NCBI GenBank assembly: GCA_018385425.1
Contig: JAHBAA010000141.1
Span: forward strand, 19,576 to 83,575
DNA from: Acetatifactor sp.
Lineage (GTDB): Bacteria; Bacillota; Clostridia; Lachnospirales; Lachnospiraceae
Length of the DNA: 64,000 nucleotides
Direction of reading: 5' to 3'
The notes below the pieces were generated by a model, which saw nothing but the letters and a program-made list of their open reading frames with translations, did no database searches and had not been told where the DNA came from. The position numbers were made by a program, and so were the translations under genes. This document shows positions 28,215-38,442 of this stretch, in pieces. Positions within the stretch are counted from its first letter, which is position 1, and each line of letters starts with the position of its first letter.

Positions 28215-29576
28215 CTACAGTGCATTTACATATTCCTTGAACATCCGTCCTCTGACCTCATAGTTCGGAAACATTCCCCAGCTTGCACAGGCAGGGGACA
28301 GAAGCACTGCCTCTCCGCTTTCAGCCAGTTCTGTGCATAATGCGAGACATTCGTCGAAGGTCTCACACAGTCTGATGCGGTCAAAGCCATGGCTTCTGGC
28401 ACATTCCGCTATTTTTTCCTTCGTCTGGCCGATGAGCACCAGCCACTTCACCTTGCCGTCAAAGCTTTCGATCCATTCGTCATACTCGCTCTGCTTATCA
28501 TATCCGCCGCCGATCAGGATGGTTGGCTTCGTCATGGCCTTGATTCCCTGAATTGCCGCATCCGGGTTGGTACCCTTGGAATCGTTGTAATAATCCACGC
28601 CGCCCTTGGTCGCCACATACTCGATTCGATGCTCCACCGCCTTGAAACGCCTGATCACGGAAAGGATCACCTCCATGGGAACTCCCATTCCCTCCGCGAT
28701 GGCTATGGCAGCCATCACATTCTCCACATTGCAGATCCCCACCAGGTTCATATCCTTGTGAATGTCCATCAGTTCAACACATTCGCCGTTTTCTGCTCTG
28801 CAGATCTTCTCGCCTCTCAAAAAGTACCCCTCCTCCAGCTCTCTGGCAGAGGAAAAAAACACCGCTCTTGCCGGGCATCTCTTGCCGAAATCATAGGTGT
28901 ACTCATTCTCGTAATTCAGCACGCACACATCCTGCTTTGTCTGATTTAAGGTGATATTCTCCTTGGCAGCAACATAATTCTCCATGGTGTGGTGTCTGTT
29001 CAGGTGATCCGGCGTAATATTCAGGATCGCAGAAACATGAGGGTGGAAATCGGAAATCGTCTCCAGCTGGAAGGAACTGATCTCCCCCACCGTCACCGTG
29101 TTTTCATTGGTCTTCAGGCATTCGGAAGTATAAGGATTGCCGATGTTGCCCACAACAAATACATTGTTGTCCCCTCGATAGGCCTTCATGATCTCCCCTA
29201 CCAGGGTGGTAGTGGTAGTTTTTCCGTTTGTCCCGGTGATGGCAACCACCGTACCCTTCTCCTCCCGGTAACCCAGTTCGATCTCGCCGATGATCTTCGC
29301 TCCATTGTCTCTGAGCGCATTGACCAGGGGAATATCCACGGGAACTCCGGGACTCAGCACCACAGTCTGGGTTGCCCGCAGTATCTCCTCCGGCAATTCC
29401 CCTACCACACAGGCAGTATGCCCACCGGGAGTCAGCTTCTTCTGAATGTCCTCCACATTCAGTTTCTCGTTGCTGTCATACAGAATCACATCCGCTCCCA
29501 TATGTTCCAAAAGTCCGGCAGACCCGATTCCGCTGATTCCGGTTCCGATCACCAGACACTTTTCTCCTGACATCAT
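28215..29576 (-). CDS. murD: UDP-MurNAc-L-Ala:D-Glu ligase
   Basis: ITGTNGKTTTT, EISSFQL, PDHLNRH, NDSKGTN and LLSPACASW. Confidence 0.97.
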   Translation of the reverse strand: MMSGEKCLVIGTGISGIGSAGLLEHMGADVILYDSNEKLNVEDIQKKLTPGGHTACVVGELPEEILRATQTVVLSPGVPVDIPLVNALRDNGAKIIGEIELGYREEKGTVVAITGTNGKTTTTTLVGEIMKAYRGDNNVFVVGNIGNPYTSECLKTNENTVTVGEISSFQLETISDFHPHVSAILNITPDHLNRHHTMENYVAAKENITLNQTKQDVCVLNYENEYTYDFGKRCPARAVFFSSARELEEGYFLRGEKICRAENGECVELMDIHKDMNLVGICNVENVMAAIAIAEGMGVPMEVILSVIRRFKAVEHRIEYVATKGGVDYYNDSKGTNPDAAIQGIKAMTKPTILIGGGYDKQSEYDEWIESFDGKVKWLVLIGQTKEKIAECARSHGFDRIRLCETFDECLALCTELAESGEAVLLSPACASWGMFPNYEVRGRMFKEYVNAL

Positions 29577-29606
29577 ATCATAAACCCTTCTTTCCTTAGA
29601 ATTCCA

Positions 29607-31370
29607 CTATTGATTATACCCCTCTATTCCCAGATAAGGAAGAATATTTTCATATAATTGACGAATGACCGGTGCCGCCACCTGTCCGCCGTAGTAAATG
29701 CCCTTCGGCGTGTGGATGATGGCGATTGCGATCACCTGCGGATCATCGGCAGGTGCAAACCCGATAAAGGAAGAAATATATCTTCCGCTTCCCCTTGGCA
29801 AGGTCTGACTGGTTGCCGTCTTTCCTCCCACGCGAAAGCCCGCCACCTGTCCGTTTCGTCCGGATCCCTCCGACACAACCTTCTCCAGAATTCCCCGCAG
29901 GGTGGCGGAGGTCTCCTCGGAGACAATACCGTCCCGTTCCGGATAGGCAAAGGTGTCAATGACCGCATCGGTCTCATCGGAAGTGTGCAGACCGAAATGC
30001 GGAGTGATCCGTCGTCCGCCGTTGATCAGGGACGATACCGTGGTCAGAAGCTGAATGGGGGTCACCTGAAAGGACTGCCCGAAAGCAACTGTCGCCAGCT
30101 CCACATTTCCCATGTTCTCCTTGCTGTGCATGATCGTTCCCGCTTCACCCGGAAGATCGATGCCGGTCTTGTCTTTCAAACCGAATTGTTCGAAGTACTG
30201 CAGGTATTTGTCAACTCCCAGCCTCAGTCCCACGGAAATCAGTGCGGGATTACAGGAATTCATCATACAATGGGTGAAATCCTGACTGCCGTGCCCGGTT
30301 CTCTTGTGACAGCGAATGATTCGATCGTCCACCTTGATGGAACCGGGGCAAAAGAAAACGCTGCTCGGTGTGATGCAGCCGTCCTCCAGTCCCGCAGAGG
30401 CGGTAATGATCTTGAACGTAGATCCTGGCTCGTAGGTATCACTGATACAGCGGTTTCTCCAGATTCCGTTCAGCAGCTCCTGTTTTGCCTTGCTGTCCAA
30501 ACTCTGCGCCTCCTCAGAAAGCGCAAACGGTTCATTCAAATTATATTCCGGGATGTCCACACAGGCATAGATCTCACCGTTTTGGGGATTCATCACCAGG
30601 ATGCTGACTCCCTCAGCCTCCTTGGACTCACATACCTGTTTTGCAAGCATTGTGGCGTATGCCTGGATATTTGCATCCATGCTGATGGTAAGATCCAGTC
30701 CGTTCTTCGGTTCCACGCGCCTCTCCCCTGCCGCCTCGATCTCAATTCCCTTTGCATCGGTGACAGTCAGGATCAACCCCGGTGTTCCCTGCAGAAACTG
30801 CTCGTATTTGACCTCTAATCCTAAGATCCCCTGGTTATCCCCGCCGGTAAACCCCAAAACCTTACTTGCCAGCTCCTGATAGGGATAATATCGCTTATAG
30901 TCTTCGTCCACCTTTACACCTGCCAGATCATACTCTCTGATCCGATCTCCAATGGACTTTGACACATTGCTCTTGATCTTTTCTCTGGAGGAAAATTTCC
31001 CCACCTGCTTTGCCACATACTCTCTGGGGAGAGAAAGTTCCTCGCTCAGTACCGAAACCACTCTTTCAGGATCCTGAATCTGGCTGTATATGACAGAAAC
31101 CGTGCAGACAGTCTTGTTGTCTGCCAAAACCACACCGTTTCTGTCGAGGATTCTTCCCCTTGCGGCCTTAATGCTCCGCTCTCTCTCGTGAAGCTCCTGT
31201 GCCTGTGCTGCATAATACTCCGCACACCAGGCAGCCAGATAGACCAGTCTGCCCGCCAAAGCTGAAAAAATCACGAGAACCCCTATCAGCACGATCATGA
31301 TCTTTTTTCGGTGATGCAGTCGATTCGGTACCTCTAACATAAAAAACCTCATAAAAAGGTATTGATACAC
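29607..31370 (-). CDS. spoVD: Class B PBP, SpoVD-like
   Basis: YEPGSTFK, NSCNP and GGKTATSQ; second of two tandem class B PBPs in the dcw cluster. Symbol inferred from position. Confidence 0.75.
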   Translation of the reverse strand: MYQYLFMRFFMLEVPNRLHHRKKIMIVLIGVLVIFSALAGRLVYLAAWCAEYYAAQAQELHERERSIKAARGRILDRNGVVLADNKTVCTVSVIYSQIQDPERVVSVLSEELSLPREYVAKQVGKFSSREKIKSNVSKSIGDRIREYDLAGVKVDEDYKRYYPYQELASKVLGFTGGDNQGILGLEVKYEQFLQGTPGLILTVTDAKGIEIEAAGERRVEPKNGLDLTISMDANIQAYATMLAKQVCESKEAEGVSILVMNPQNGEIYACVDIPEYNLNEPFALSEEAQSLDSKAKQELLNGIWRNRCISDTYEPGSTFKIITASAGLEDGCITPSSVFFCPGSIKVDDRIIRCHKRTGHGSQDFTHCMMNSCNPALISVGLRLGVDKYLQYFEQFGLKDKTGIDLPGEAGTIMHSKENMGNVELATVAFGQSFQVTPIQLLTTVSSLINGGRRITPHFGLHTSDETDAVIDTFAYPERDGIVSEETSATLRGILEKVVSEGSGRNGQVAGFRVGGKTATSQTLPRGSGRYISSFIGFAPADDPQVIAIAIIHTPKGIYYGGQVAAPVIRQLYENILPYLGIEGYNQ

Positions 31371-31439
31371 TGTATTCCCCTTTTTATGAGGTTATGTATT
31401 ACTTCGTTTCGGACCGCTTAAGCAGACCGCCCGTCTTGT

Positions 31440-33638
31440 CTACTGACTGAGGCTCGGATTGACGGGTCCTTCCACACCCATAACCGCCTCATTGCCCTCT
31501 ACCAGAAATCCTTCCTGGGCATCATACTTATAACCGGTCACAGGATCCACACGATATCCGGTATTGGGGTCCACGGGGAAGCTGAGCCACACAGGCTTGT
31601 TTCCCTCCTCGTACTCCACTTCGGAAGTATGAGGTGTATCCACCGTCTCCGAATCATCCGGCTTATGCTCCGTCGTGATCTCCAGCTGAAGTTCCTGCAA
31701 TTCTTTGATCTCGCTTTCCGTGAGATCCTCTGTCATGTAAATCTGCAGATAGGGAAGGGCTTCCATCAGGATGCTGCGGACGATTCTGGTCGCATACTTT
31801 GCATCATCCTGTCTGGGGGCATTGGCACGGTCCACTACCACATAGATCGCGATCTGCGGATCATCCGCAGGGGCAAAGCCCATGAAAGAAACCACGTACT
31901 CGTCCTTGGAACGCTTGTGGGTATTCTGGTCGATGGTCTCCGCTGTTCCGGTCTTGCCGCCGATCATATATCCTGCCGGTCTGGCGGTCTTACCGGTACC
32001 GTACTCCACCACAGCCGTACAATACTGTCGGATCAGTTCAGAGGTTTCCTCTGAGATCGTCTGCTTTAATACCCTGGGTTCGATCTTCTCCACCACAGCG
32101 CCGCTGGCATTGGTGATCTTGCTGACCATATGAGGCTCGTAATAATATCCTCCGTTGATCAGGGAACTGAACCCGGTGATAGCCTGAATCATGGTACAGT
32201 TGAAGTTCTGACCGAAGCTGTTTGTTGCAAGATCGGTAGGTCCCATGGTGTCGGCAGAATAGACAAACTGGTTGGTTCTGGCCTCTCCCACCAGATCGAT
32301 ATTGGTTTTCAAGCCGAAATTAAACACCTGCTGATAATCGCAGAAGATCTTGCTTCCCATGGTCTGGGCGATCTTCATCATCGCTACGTTGCAGGACTTT
32401 GCCACCGCTTTCTCCAGTGTCACCGTGCCATCGTTTCGATTGTGGCACTTAATGGTAAATCCACCGATCTCCAATGAGCCGTGACACTCAAAGGTGGAGC
32501 TGGGTGTGATGGTTCCCTTCTCCAAAGCCATCGCCACGGTGAAGGGCTTTGCAACCGAACCGGGCTCGTAGGTATTGTTGATACAGAAATTTTTCCACAG
32601 ATAGGCAAGATTCAGGTTCAGCTGATCCTCCGTCATGGAGTTCAGCACATCCTGCGTGATAACGGTACCGTTTTTCTTGATCTCATAGTAGCCGTTCTCC
32701 TTGTCGTACTTTTCCACCATCATGGAACCCAAGAGGCTTTGACCGTCTCTGGAATTGTTCAGATCAAAGGTAGGTGCGCTTGCCATGGCAAGGATCTCTC
32801 CTGTATTCACATTCTGGATGATACAGCCGATATTCTCTGCACCGTTGCCAGTACGATAGGCATCCTTGTTCTGTTCCATGAACCGGCTCAAATATTTCTC
32901 CACGATCGTTTGGAGATTTACATCGATGGTACTGTGAAGGTTGTAGCCGTCCACAGGTGATTTGACTGTTCGTTCCAGATTCAGATCATCATTCAGATAG
33001 CCGTACTCACGGCCCTTCACGCCGTTAAGGATGTCGTCGTAATATTCCTCCAGTCCGTATTGTCCCTGACTGTCTGTAGTCGTAAAGCCGATGACATCAG
33101 CCGCCAGCGATCCTCCCGGATAGATCCTTCGATAGTCCTCTTCAAACCAGACTCCCTTGATGAGCGAATCCTTCTCATTCTGAGCCTCCATAAAGGACTT
33201 TACCTCATCATAGGACATGCGCTTTGTGGTCTTTGGAACGTACCATCTGCTCGTAGGATTGTTCTTCACATAGTTTGTGATCTCAACCATATCCAGCTGT
33301 TTGAAGGTCTGTCCAAGCAGATCCAGGGTGGGCTGCAGATATTTCTTTTCCTTGGATAACTCCGTATTCATTACAGCCGCATCTATGACCAATGTGTATA
33401 CCTTTTCGGAGCTGGCAAGCTTGATGCCGTTTGCATCATAGATATCTCCTCTTCGGCAGGGAAGCACTGTGGAAGAATAACTTTGCTGCATCAGAATGTG
33501 ACGCTGATAATTGTCACCGTTTTTCACAACGATGACGATCAGTCTCACAGCCAGAAGCAGCATCAGAATGGTACAGATAATCGCAAACAATTTGACCTTG
33601 TTATTTACCGACTTGATTGATTTCTTCTCTTTACGCAC
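31440..33638 (-). CDS. Class B PBP (FtsI/PBP2b-like transpeptidase)
   Basis: RGDIYDANG, YEPGSVAK, KSCN and GGKTGTAE; acidic C-terminal extension. Confidence 0.88.
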   Translation of the reverse strand: MRKEKKSIKSVNNKVKLFAIICTILMLLLAVRLIVIVVKNGDNYQRHILMQQSYSSTVLPCRRGDIYDANGIKLASSEKVYTLVIDAAVMNTELSKEKKYLQPTLDLLGQTFKQLDMVEITNYVKNNPTSRWYVPKTTKRMSYDEVKSFMEAQNEKDSLIKGVWFEEDYRRIYPGGSLAADVIGFTTTDSQGQYGLEEYYDDILNGVKGREYGYLNDDLNLERTVKSPVDGYNLHSTIDVNLQTIVEKYLSRFMEQNKDAYRTGNGAENIGCIIQNVNTGEILAMASAPTFDLNNSRDGQSLLGSMMVEKYDKENGYYEIKKNGTVITQDVLNSMTEDQLNLNLAYLWKNFCINNTYEPGSVAKPFTVAMALEKGTITPSSTFECHGSLEIGGFTIKCHNRNDGTVTLEKAVAKSCNVAMMKIAQTMGSKIFCDYQQVFNFGLKTNIDLVGEARTNQFVYSADTMGPTDLATNSFGQNFNCTMIQAITGFSSLINGGYYYEPHMVSKITNASGAVVEKIEPRVLKQTISEETSELIRQYCTAVVEYGTGKTARPAGYMIGGKTGTAETIDQNTHKRSKDEYVVSFMGFAPADDPQIAIYVVVDRANAPRQDDAKYATRIVRSILMEALPYLQIYMTEDLTESEIKELQELQLEITTEHKPDDSETVDTPHTSEVEYEEGNKPVWLSFPVDPNTGYRVDPVTGYKYDAQEGFLVEGNEAVMGVEGPVNPSLSQ

Positions 33639-33650
33639 ACCACACCTCGA

Positions 33651-34190
33651 TTAATCGTTATACATGACCTGTCTCATATAGTCGAAGCCTGAATTGTCGT
33701 ATGTGATAACCTGTCCCTCCTCGGGATATACCATACCCAGCTGGGACATGCAGATATACTTCATGGTCATCGGATCCACACTGTTTTCGATTCTGTTTCT
33801 CTCTTCAATGTTCTTATCATGCAGATCATTCACTTCAACCTTCAGCGCTGCCACCTTTCTGGTCTGTGTGGTCAGTTCTGCGGTCAGGAAAATGTACAGA
33901 ATGAAGACAGCCGCTACCGCACATACCATCAACATTGCAGGAAGAATAAACGCAATATCCGCACGCTTTCTGCGGTCCTCGATCTCCCGTACCGGAGCGC
34001 TTTCCCAAGCCTCCTCGTACACCCGCTCCGCCTCATATTCTCTGGCCAAAGAATCATAGACATAGATCTGTTCTCTGTTGTGCTTCGCTGCACCCGTATT
34101 GCGCACCTGACCTCTCTCCTCAAGGCGACGGCGGCCTCTTCTGTCCATTCTCTCTCTATTGACTGCCTGCTGTTCGATTCTTCTGCCCAT
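33651..34190 (-). CDS. FtsL-like septum formation protein
   Basis: Basic N-terminus, one TM, coiled coil, SQLGMVYP; located between rsmH and the PBP. Confidence 0.7.
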   Translation of the reverse strand: MGRRIEQQAVNRERMDRRGRRRLEERGQVRNTGAAKHNREQIYVYDSLAREYEAERVYEEAWESAPVREIEDRRKRADIAFILPAMLMVCAVAAVFILYIFLTAELTTQTRKVAALKVEVNDLHDKNIEERNRIENSVDPMTMKYICMSQLGMVYPEEGQVITYDNSGFDYMRQVMYND

Positions 34191-34224
34191 GAATTTGTCC
34201 TCCTATCTGTCAGACAGGAGCAAC

Positions 34225-35157
34225 CTACTCTCCTGCCTCGAATACTCTCAATTTTGCACTTTTTGACCTGCTGTTCGCAGCAAGTTCCTCCTCACCGGGC
34301 AGGATCGCCTTTCTGGTGATCACACGTCCCCGGGATTTTCTTCCGCACACGCACGCCGGGAAATTCGGCGGGCATGTACAGGGATTTTCATTCTCCTTGA
34401 AGGCAACCTTCACGATTCGATCCTCCAGAGAATGGAATGTGATGATACATAATCGGCCGCCCGGATTCAGAAGACCGATCAGATCATTCAGCGAGTTCTT
34501 CAGCACTTCAAGCTCCCGGTTGCACTCGATTCGAATCGCCTGAAAGGTCTGCTTGGAGGGATGTCCGTTAACCCGCATCTTCGCCGGGATGGCAGCCTTA
34601 ATAATCTCGTTTAACTCAAAGGTCGTCTCGATGGGCTTTCTCGCCCTCTCCAGAACAATATGTTTCGCGATATTCTTCGCGAACCTGTCTTCGCCGTAAT
34701 CCCTGATGATACGGAACAGATTCCCTTCAGAATAATTGTTAACGATGTCTCTGGCAGTCAATGTCTGGCGCTGATCCATTCTCATATCCAGGGGTGCATC
34801 ATATCGGTAGGAAAAACCCCGTTCTTCCGTATCCAGCTGATAAGAAGACACTCCCAGATCCAAAACGATTCCATCCACTTTGGTGATGCCCAGCTCAGCC
34901 AGAGCACCGACCATATTGCAATAATTGTTGCGGATGATGGTAACCTTGTCACCGAACGGCTCCAGCCGCTGTCCTGCCGCCTTGATGGCCGCTTCATCCT
35001 GGTCGATACCGTAGAAATGCCCTGTCGTCAATCGGCTGCATACCTGCCAGGCATGTCCGCCGCCGCCCAGCGTTCCGTCTACGTAGATGCCGTCAGGCTT
35101 GATATGAAGTTCTTCGATTGTCTCCTGTAACAGCACGGAATAGTGACGAAACTCCAT
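34225..35157 (-). CDS. rsmH: 16S rRNA m4C1402 methyltransferase
   Basis: [38 protein letters not shown] and SRSKSAKLR. Confidence 0.98.
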   Translation of the reverse strand: MEFRHYSVLLQETIEELHIKPDGIYVDGTLGGGGHAWQVCSRLTTGHFYGIDQDEAAIKAAGQRLEPFGDKVTIIRNNYCNMVGALAELGITKVDGIVLDLGVSSYQLDTEERGFSYRYDAPLDMRMDQRQTLTARDIVNNYSEGNLFRIIRDYGEDRFAKNIAKHIVLERARKPIETTFELNEIIKAAIPAKMRVNGHPSKQTFQAIRIECNRELEVLKNSLNDLIGLLNPGGRLCIITFHSLEDRIVKVAFKENENPCTCPPNFPACVCGRKSRGRVITRKAILPGEEELAANSRSKSAKLRVFEAGE

Positions 35158-35193
35158 ACCCTTCTCTCCTGCTCTGCATTTCAATGCCTGTCT

Positions 35194-35640
35194 CTATGAG
35201 ATGGTCAGCTTATGTCCGCTCTCACGTAATCTCTTCTTCAATGCAGCCTTGTCGGCAATGACTGCGCCCATTCTCTCATTCCACTTATCCAGCGGCCAGA
35301 TTTCAAAATGATTGCCCATTCCGTTGATCACGACATCCTTTTCGATTTCAGCGCTAGTTCTGGTGTCATCCGTCAAAAGGACTCTTCCCTGCTTGTCCAG
35401 GGTCACATCCTGTACATTTCCGATGATAAATCTGACCAGATCCATGGCATCATCGTCCAGCATATCAACATCGGTGAGCTTCTCCTCGAAGGCTTTCCAG
35501 GTTTCAAGATCATAGGCGAGCAGGCAGTCATCCATTCCCATCGTAATGACAAAAGCCTCGCCGAGATACTCTCGGAACTTGGCGGGAATGCTCAGCCTGC
35601 CTTTTGGATCTACTGTATGGAAGAATTTGCCTCTGAACAA
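35194..35640 (-). CDS. mraZ: Division/cell wall cluster repressor MraZ
   Basis: MFRGKFFHTVDPKGRLSIPAKFRE, DKQGRVLL and FEIW; TTG start. Confidence 0.95.
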   Translation of the reverse strand: MFRGKFFHTVDPKGRLSIPAKFREYLGEAFVITMGMDDCLLAYDLETWKAFEEKLTDVDMLDDDAMDLVRFIIGNVQDVTLDKQGRVLLTDDTRTSAEIEKDVVINGMGNHFEIWPLDKWNERMGAVIADKAALKKRLRESGHKLTIS

Positions 35641-35709
35641 AACTCCATCACCGCCAATCTGTGAACATCAACCTTGAATGCACCTTCTCAATCTGTTTCC
35701 CATTAGGAT

Positions 35710-35789
35710 TTCATCCCACTTTATGGGGGTAATTCACCATATTCATCCCACTTATGTTTGATTTTAACTGATTTCCTTCAAAACTGCAA
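35710..35789 (-). promoter_or_regulatory. mraZ promoter with probable MraZ operator repeats
   Basis: TTGCAG-17-TAAAAT (35761-35789) followed by two exact AAGTGGGATGAA repeats (35710-35721 and 35742-35753); GTGGG cores are known MraZ-type boxes. Confidence 0.6.
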
Positions 35790-35896
35790 TAGTTTTGTTA
35801 AGAAATTCTTCACTTTTTTTAAGCGATTTTCTTAACAATTCCCGTCAAAATCAGGATTTGTCCTCATTTTTGTAAAAGAGTTGTAACAAAAAAACA

Positions 35897-35960
35897 CCTG
35901 TGGGATGAAAACCCTGAAAAAACTGATTTTCAGTCGTTTTTTCAGGTTTCAAACCACAGA
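35897..35960. terminator. Long hairpin after lgt
   Basis: CTGTGG..GAAACC.CTGAAAAAAC / GTTTTTTCAGGTTTC..CCACAG inverted repeat. Confidence 0.6.
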
Positions 35961-36018
35961 TGCTTCCTGTTTTGCACTGTACTTTCTTATATTTTCTTAT
36001 CCTGTGGGAAGGTGAAGC

Positions 36019-36891
36019 TTAAGCATTCTCTCTTCCCTTTTTTCTCAGCTTTACTCTCACAGCGATATCGCACACCACCGAGAAAATGACCATCACCAAA
36101 GCCAATGCCTGGGAAACCGGGATGTTGGTTCCGCCCAGCTTCAGGGTATCGGTCCGAATCCCTTCGATCAGGAATCTGCCAATGCCATAGCCTCCCAAGT
36201 AAAGCAGGCACAGCTCTCCGTCGAATTTCTTATGCTTCCGATACAGAAGAAGTGCCGCAAGCACCAAAAAATTCCACGCACTCTCATACAGAAAGGTGGG
36301 ATGTACGTTGATATAATTGGCCCCCTCGGGAATGTGCGCTCTGATATTCTCCGTGATATCTCCCGCATCCCGAACGTCAGCGATGGGAATCTGCATGGAA
36401 AAGAGTCCATTGTAATAATCTCCGAACACTTCACGGTTCATAAAGTTCCCCCATCTTCCGATGGCCTGCCCGAGTATCAGTCCGTTGATGGCCGTATCCC
36501 CCACCAAAAGTGCCTTTTTCTTTTTGAAATGGCACCAGACAAACAGAGTGATAAATCCGGCAATGACTCCGCCGTAGATGGCAAGTCCGCCGTTGCGGAC
36601 CTTGAAGATCTCCAACAGATTATCCTTGTACTCGTCCCAGGAAAAGATCACATAATAGATCCGGGCTCCCAGCAGGGAGCATAACACCGCATAGATCGCA
36701 AAATCCCAGTAATCATCCGGATCCTGCCCTGTCTTCTTCGCAATATGACAGACCAGGAGAAGCGACAGAATCACCCCGACTCCGATGATCAAACCGTAGA
36801 AAGCGATCCGAAAGCCAAAGATGCTGAAGGACCTGGGAACATTTTTCAGATAAATACCCAGATTCGGAAATGCAATATCTCCAATATTCAT
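36019..36891 (-). CDS. lgt: Prolipoprotein diacylglyceryl transferase
   Basis: LGARIYYV, GGLAIYGG, QAIGRWGNF and HPTFLYES. Confidence 0.97.
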   Translation of the reverse strand: MNIGDIAFPNLGIYLKNVPRSFSIFGFRIAFYGLIIGVGVILSLLLVCHIAKKTGQDPDDYWDFAIYAVLCSLLGARIYYVIFSWDEYKDNLLEIFKVRNGGLAIYGGVIAGFITLFVWCHFKKKKALLVGDTAINGLILGQAIGRWGNFMNREVFGDYYNGLFSMQIPIADVRDAGDITENIRAHIPEGANYINVHPTFLYESAWNFLVLAALLLYRKHKKFDGELCLLYLGGYGIGRFLIEGIRTDTLKLGGTNIPVSQALALVMVIFSVVCDIAVRVKLRKKGRENA

Positions 36892-36910
36892 AAGCGATGA
36901 TCCTTCCTAC

Positions 36911-38008
36911 TTACACATTGAAACGGAACAGTATCACATCGCCGTCGCGGACAACGTAATCCTTTCCTTCGATACCGACAAGGCCCTTCTCCCTTGCTGC
37001 AGCCAGGGATCCCTGCTCCAGCAGATCCTTGTAGTTGACGACCTCAGCCTTAATAAAGCCTCTCTCAAAATCGGAATGGATCTTGCCGGCAGCCTGAGGT
37101 GCCTTCGTACCGATCTTGATGGTCCATGCTCTGGTCTCATCCTCGCCGGCGGTCAGAAAGCTCATCAGACCGAGCAGCTTGTAGCTTGCAGCAATCAGTT
37201 TGTCCAGTCCGGACTCCTTTAATCCAAGGTCCTCCAAAAACATCTGTCTCTCATCATCATCCAGCTCTGAGATCTCCTGCTCGATCTGTGCGCAGATCAC
37301 AAACACGCCGCTATTCTCTGCTGCCGCAAACTCACGAACCTTTCCTACCATCTCGTTGGATGCACCGTCATCAGCCAGATCATCCTCTGCCACATTGGCT
37401 GCATAGATCACCGGCTTCCAGGTCAAGAAGTTGTACTCCTTCATCAGTGCCAGTTCATCCTCGTCCAGATCCTCTAAGCTCTTCGCCATCTTGCCGGACT
37501 CCAGGTGCTCCTTGATTCTCTCTAAGAGCGCCTGCTCCTTCGCGAGGGTCTTGTCCATCCTGGCTGCCTTTACCACCTTGGCATATCTGCGCTCCAGCAC
37601 CTCCAGATCAGAGAAGATCAGCTCGAAATTGATGGTCTCGATATCCCGGAGGGGATTCACACTGCCGTCTACATGGATCACATTGGAATCCTCAAAGCAT
37701 CGCACAACGTGAACGATGGCATCCACCTCACGAATGTTGCTTAAGAACTGATTGCCCAGTCCCTCTCCCTTGGAAGCGCCCTTCACCAGGCCTGCAATAT
37801 CGACGAACTCAATGACAGCCGGTGTCACCTTCTTGGAGTGATACATATCCCCCAAGAGCTTTAATCTCTCATCCGGAACCGGTACGATACCGATGTTGGG
37901 ATCGATGGTGCAGAAGGGATAGTTGGCAGATTCTGCTCCTGCCTTGGTCAATGAATTAAAAAGTGTGCTCTTTCCTACGTTGGGAAGCCCCACAATGCCT
38001 AGTTTCAT
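36911..38008 (-). CDS. ychF: Redox-regulated ATPase YchF
   Basis: GIVGLPNVGKSTLFN, ANYPFCTIDPN, DIAGLV and GKIHSDFERGFIKAE. Confidence 0.98.
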   Translation of the reverse strand: MKLGIVGLPNVGKSTLFNSLTKAGAESANYPFCTIDPNIGIVPVPDERLKLLGDMYHSKKVTPAVIEFVDIAGLVKGASKGEGLGNQFLSNIREVDAIVHVVRCFEDSNVIHVDGSVNPLRDIETINFELIFSDLEVLERRYAKVVKAARMDKTLAKEQALLERIKEHLESGKMAKSLEDLDEDELALMKEYNFLTWKPVIYAANVAEDDLADDGASNEMVGKVREFAAAENSGVFVICAQIEQEISELDDDERQMFLEDLGLKESGLDKLIAASYKLLGLMSFLTAGEDETRAWTIKIGTKAPQAAGKIHSDFERGFIKAEVVNYKDLLEQGSLAAAREKGLVGIEGKDYVVRDGDVILFRFNV

Positions 38009-38220
38009 AGCTGATCGTCTCCTTCGAATTTCCCCGAAAACAGGGTTGAATCTCATCCATATTTTATCTCACCGTGAAAATAGCCCTTTCCGAGAGGGAT
38101 CTCAACACAGTGAATAATATTATAGCACAGGTTGGGTAACTTGTGTAGAAAATTTTCTGTTTTTTACCTTGGCGGTGTTCTCCCGGCGGAAATGCCCTGG
38201 ACGAAAGCTTTCGACAGGGC

Positions 38221-38424
38221 TTATCGTTTCTTATCCAACAATCCGTATATCTCATATCTGGAGATGATATTCTGGAGAGTCAGCTTGGTTGCCATCAACT
38301 GCCTGTAGGTTACCGTTTTCACCTTGTTTTCTGCTTTCAGCTTCTCCATTTTGCCGAGTACATCCTCGTATTCGCTCAATACAGAACTGAGCATCTTCTC
38401 GAATTGTTCCTCTCGTGTCGCCAT
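38221..38424 (-). CDS. Small helical hypothetical protein (67 aa)
   Basis: RBS GGGAG; amphipathic-helix pattern; end of a tightly packed run of genes. Confidence 0.65.
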   Translation of the reverse strand: MATREEQFEKMLSSVLSEYEDVLGKMEKLKAENKVKTVTYRQLMATKLTLQNIISRYEIYGLLDKKR

Positions 38425-38442
38425 ATTTTCTCCCGCAAAATA

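Noticed and set aside
35710-35753. Similarity of the mraZ GTGGGATGAA repeats to the GTGGGGATGAAAT segment of the pgk-tpiA element
   Set aside because: Short match, fully explained by MraZ-type operator boxes downstream of a promoter; probably coincidence.
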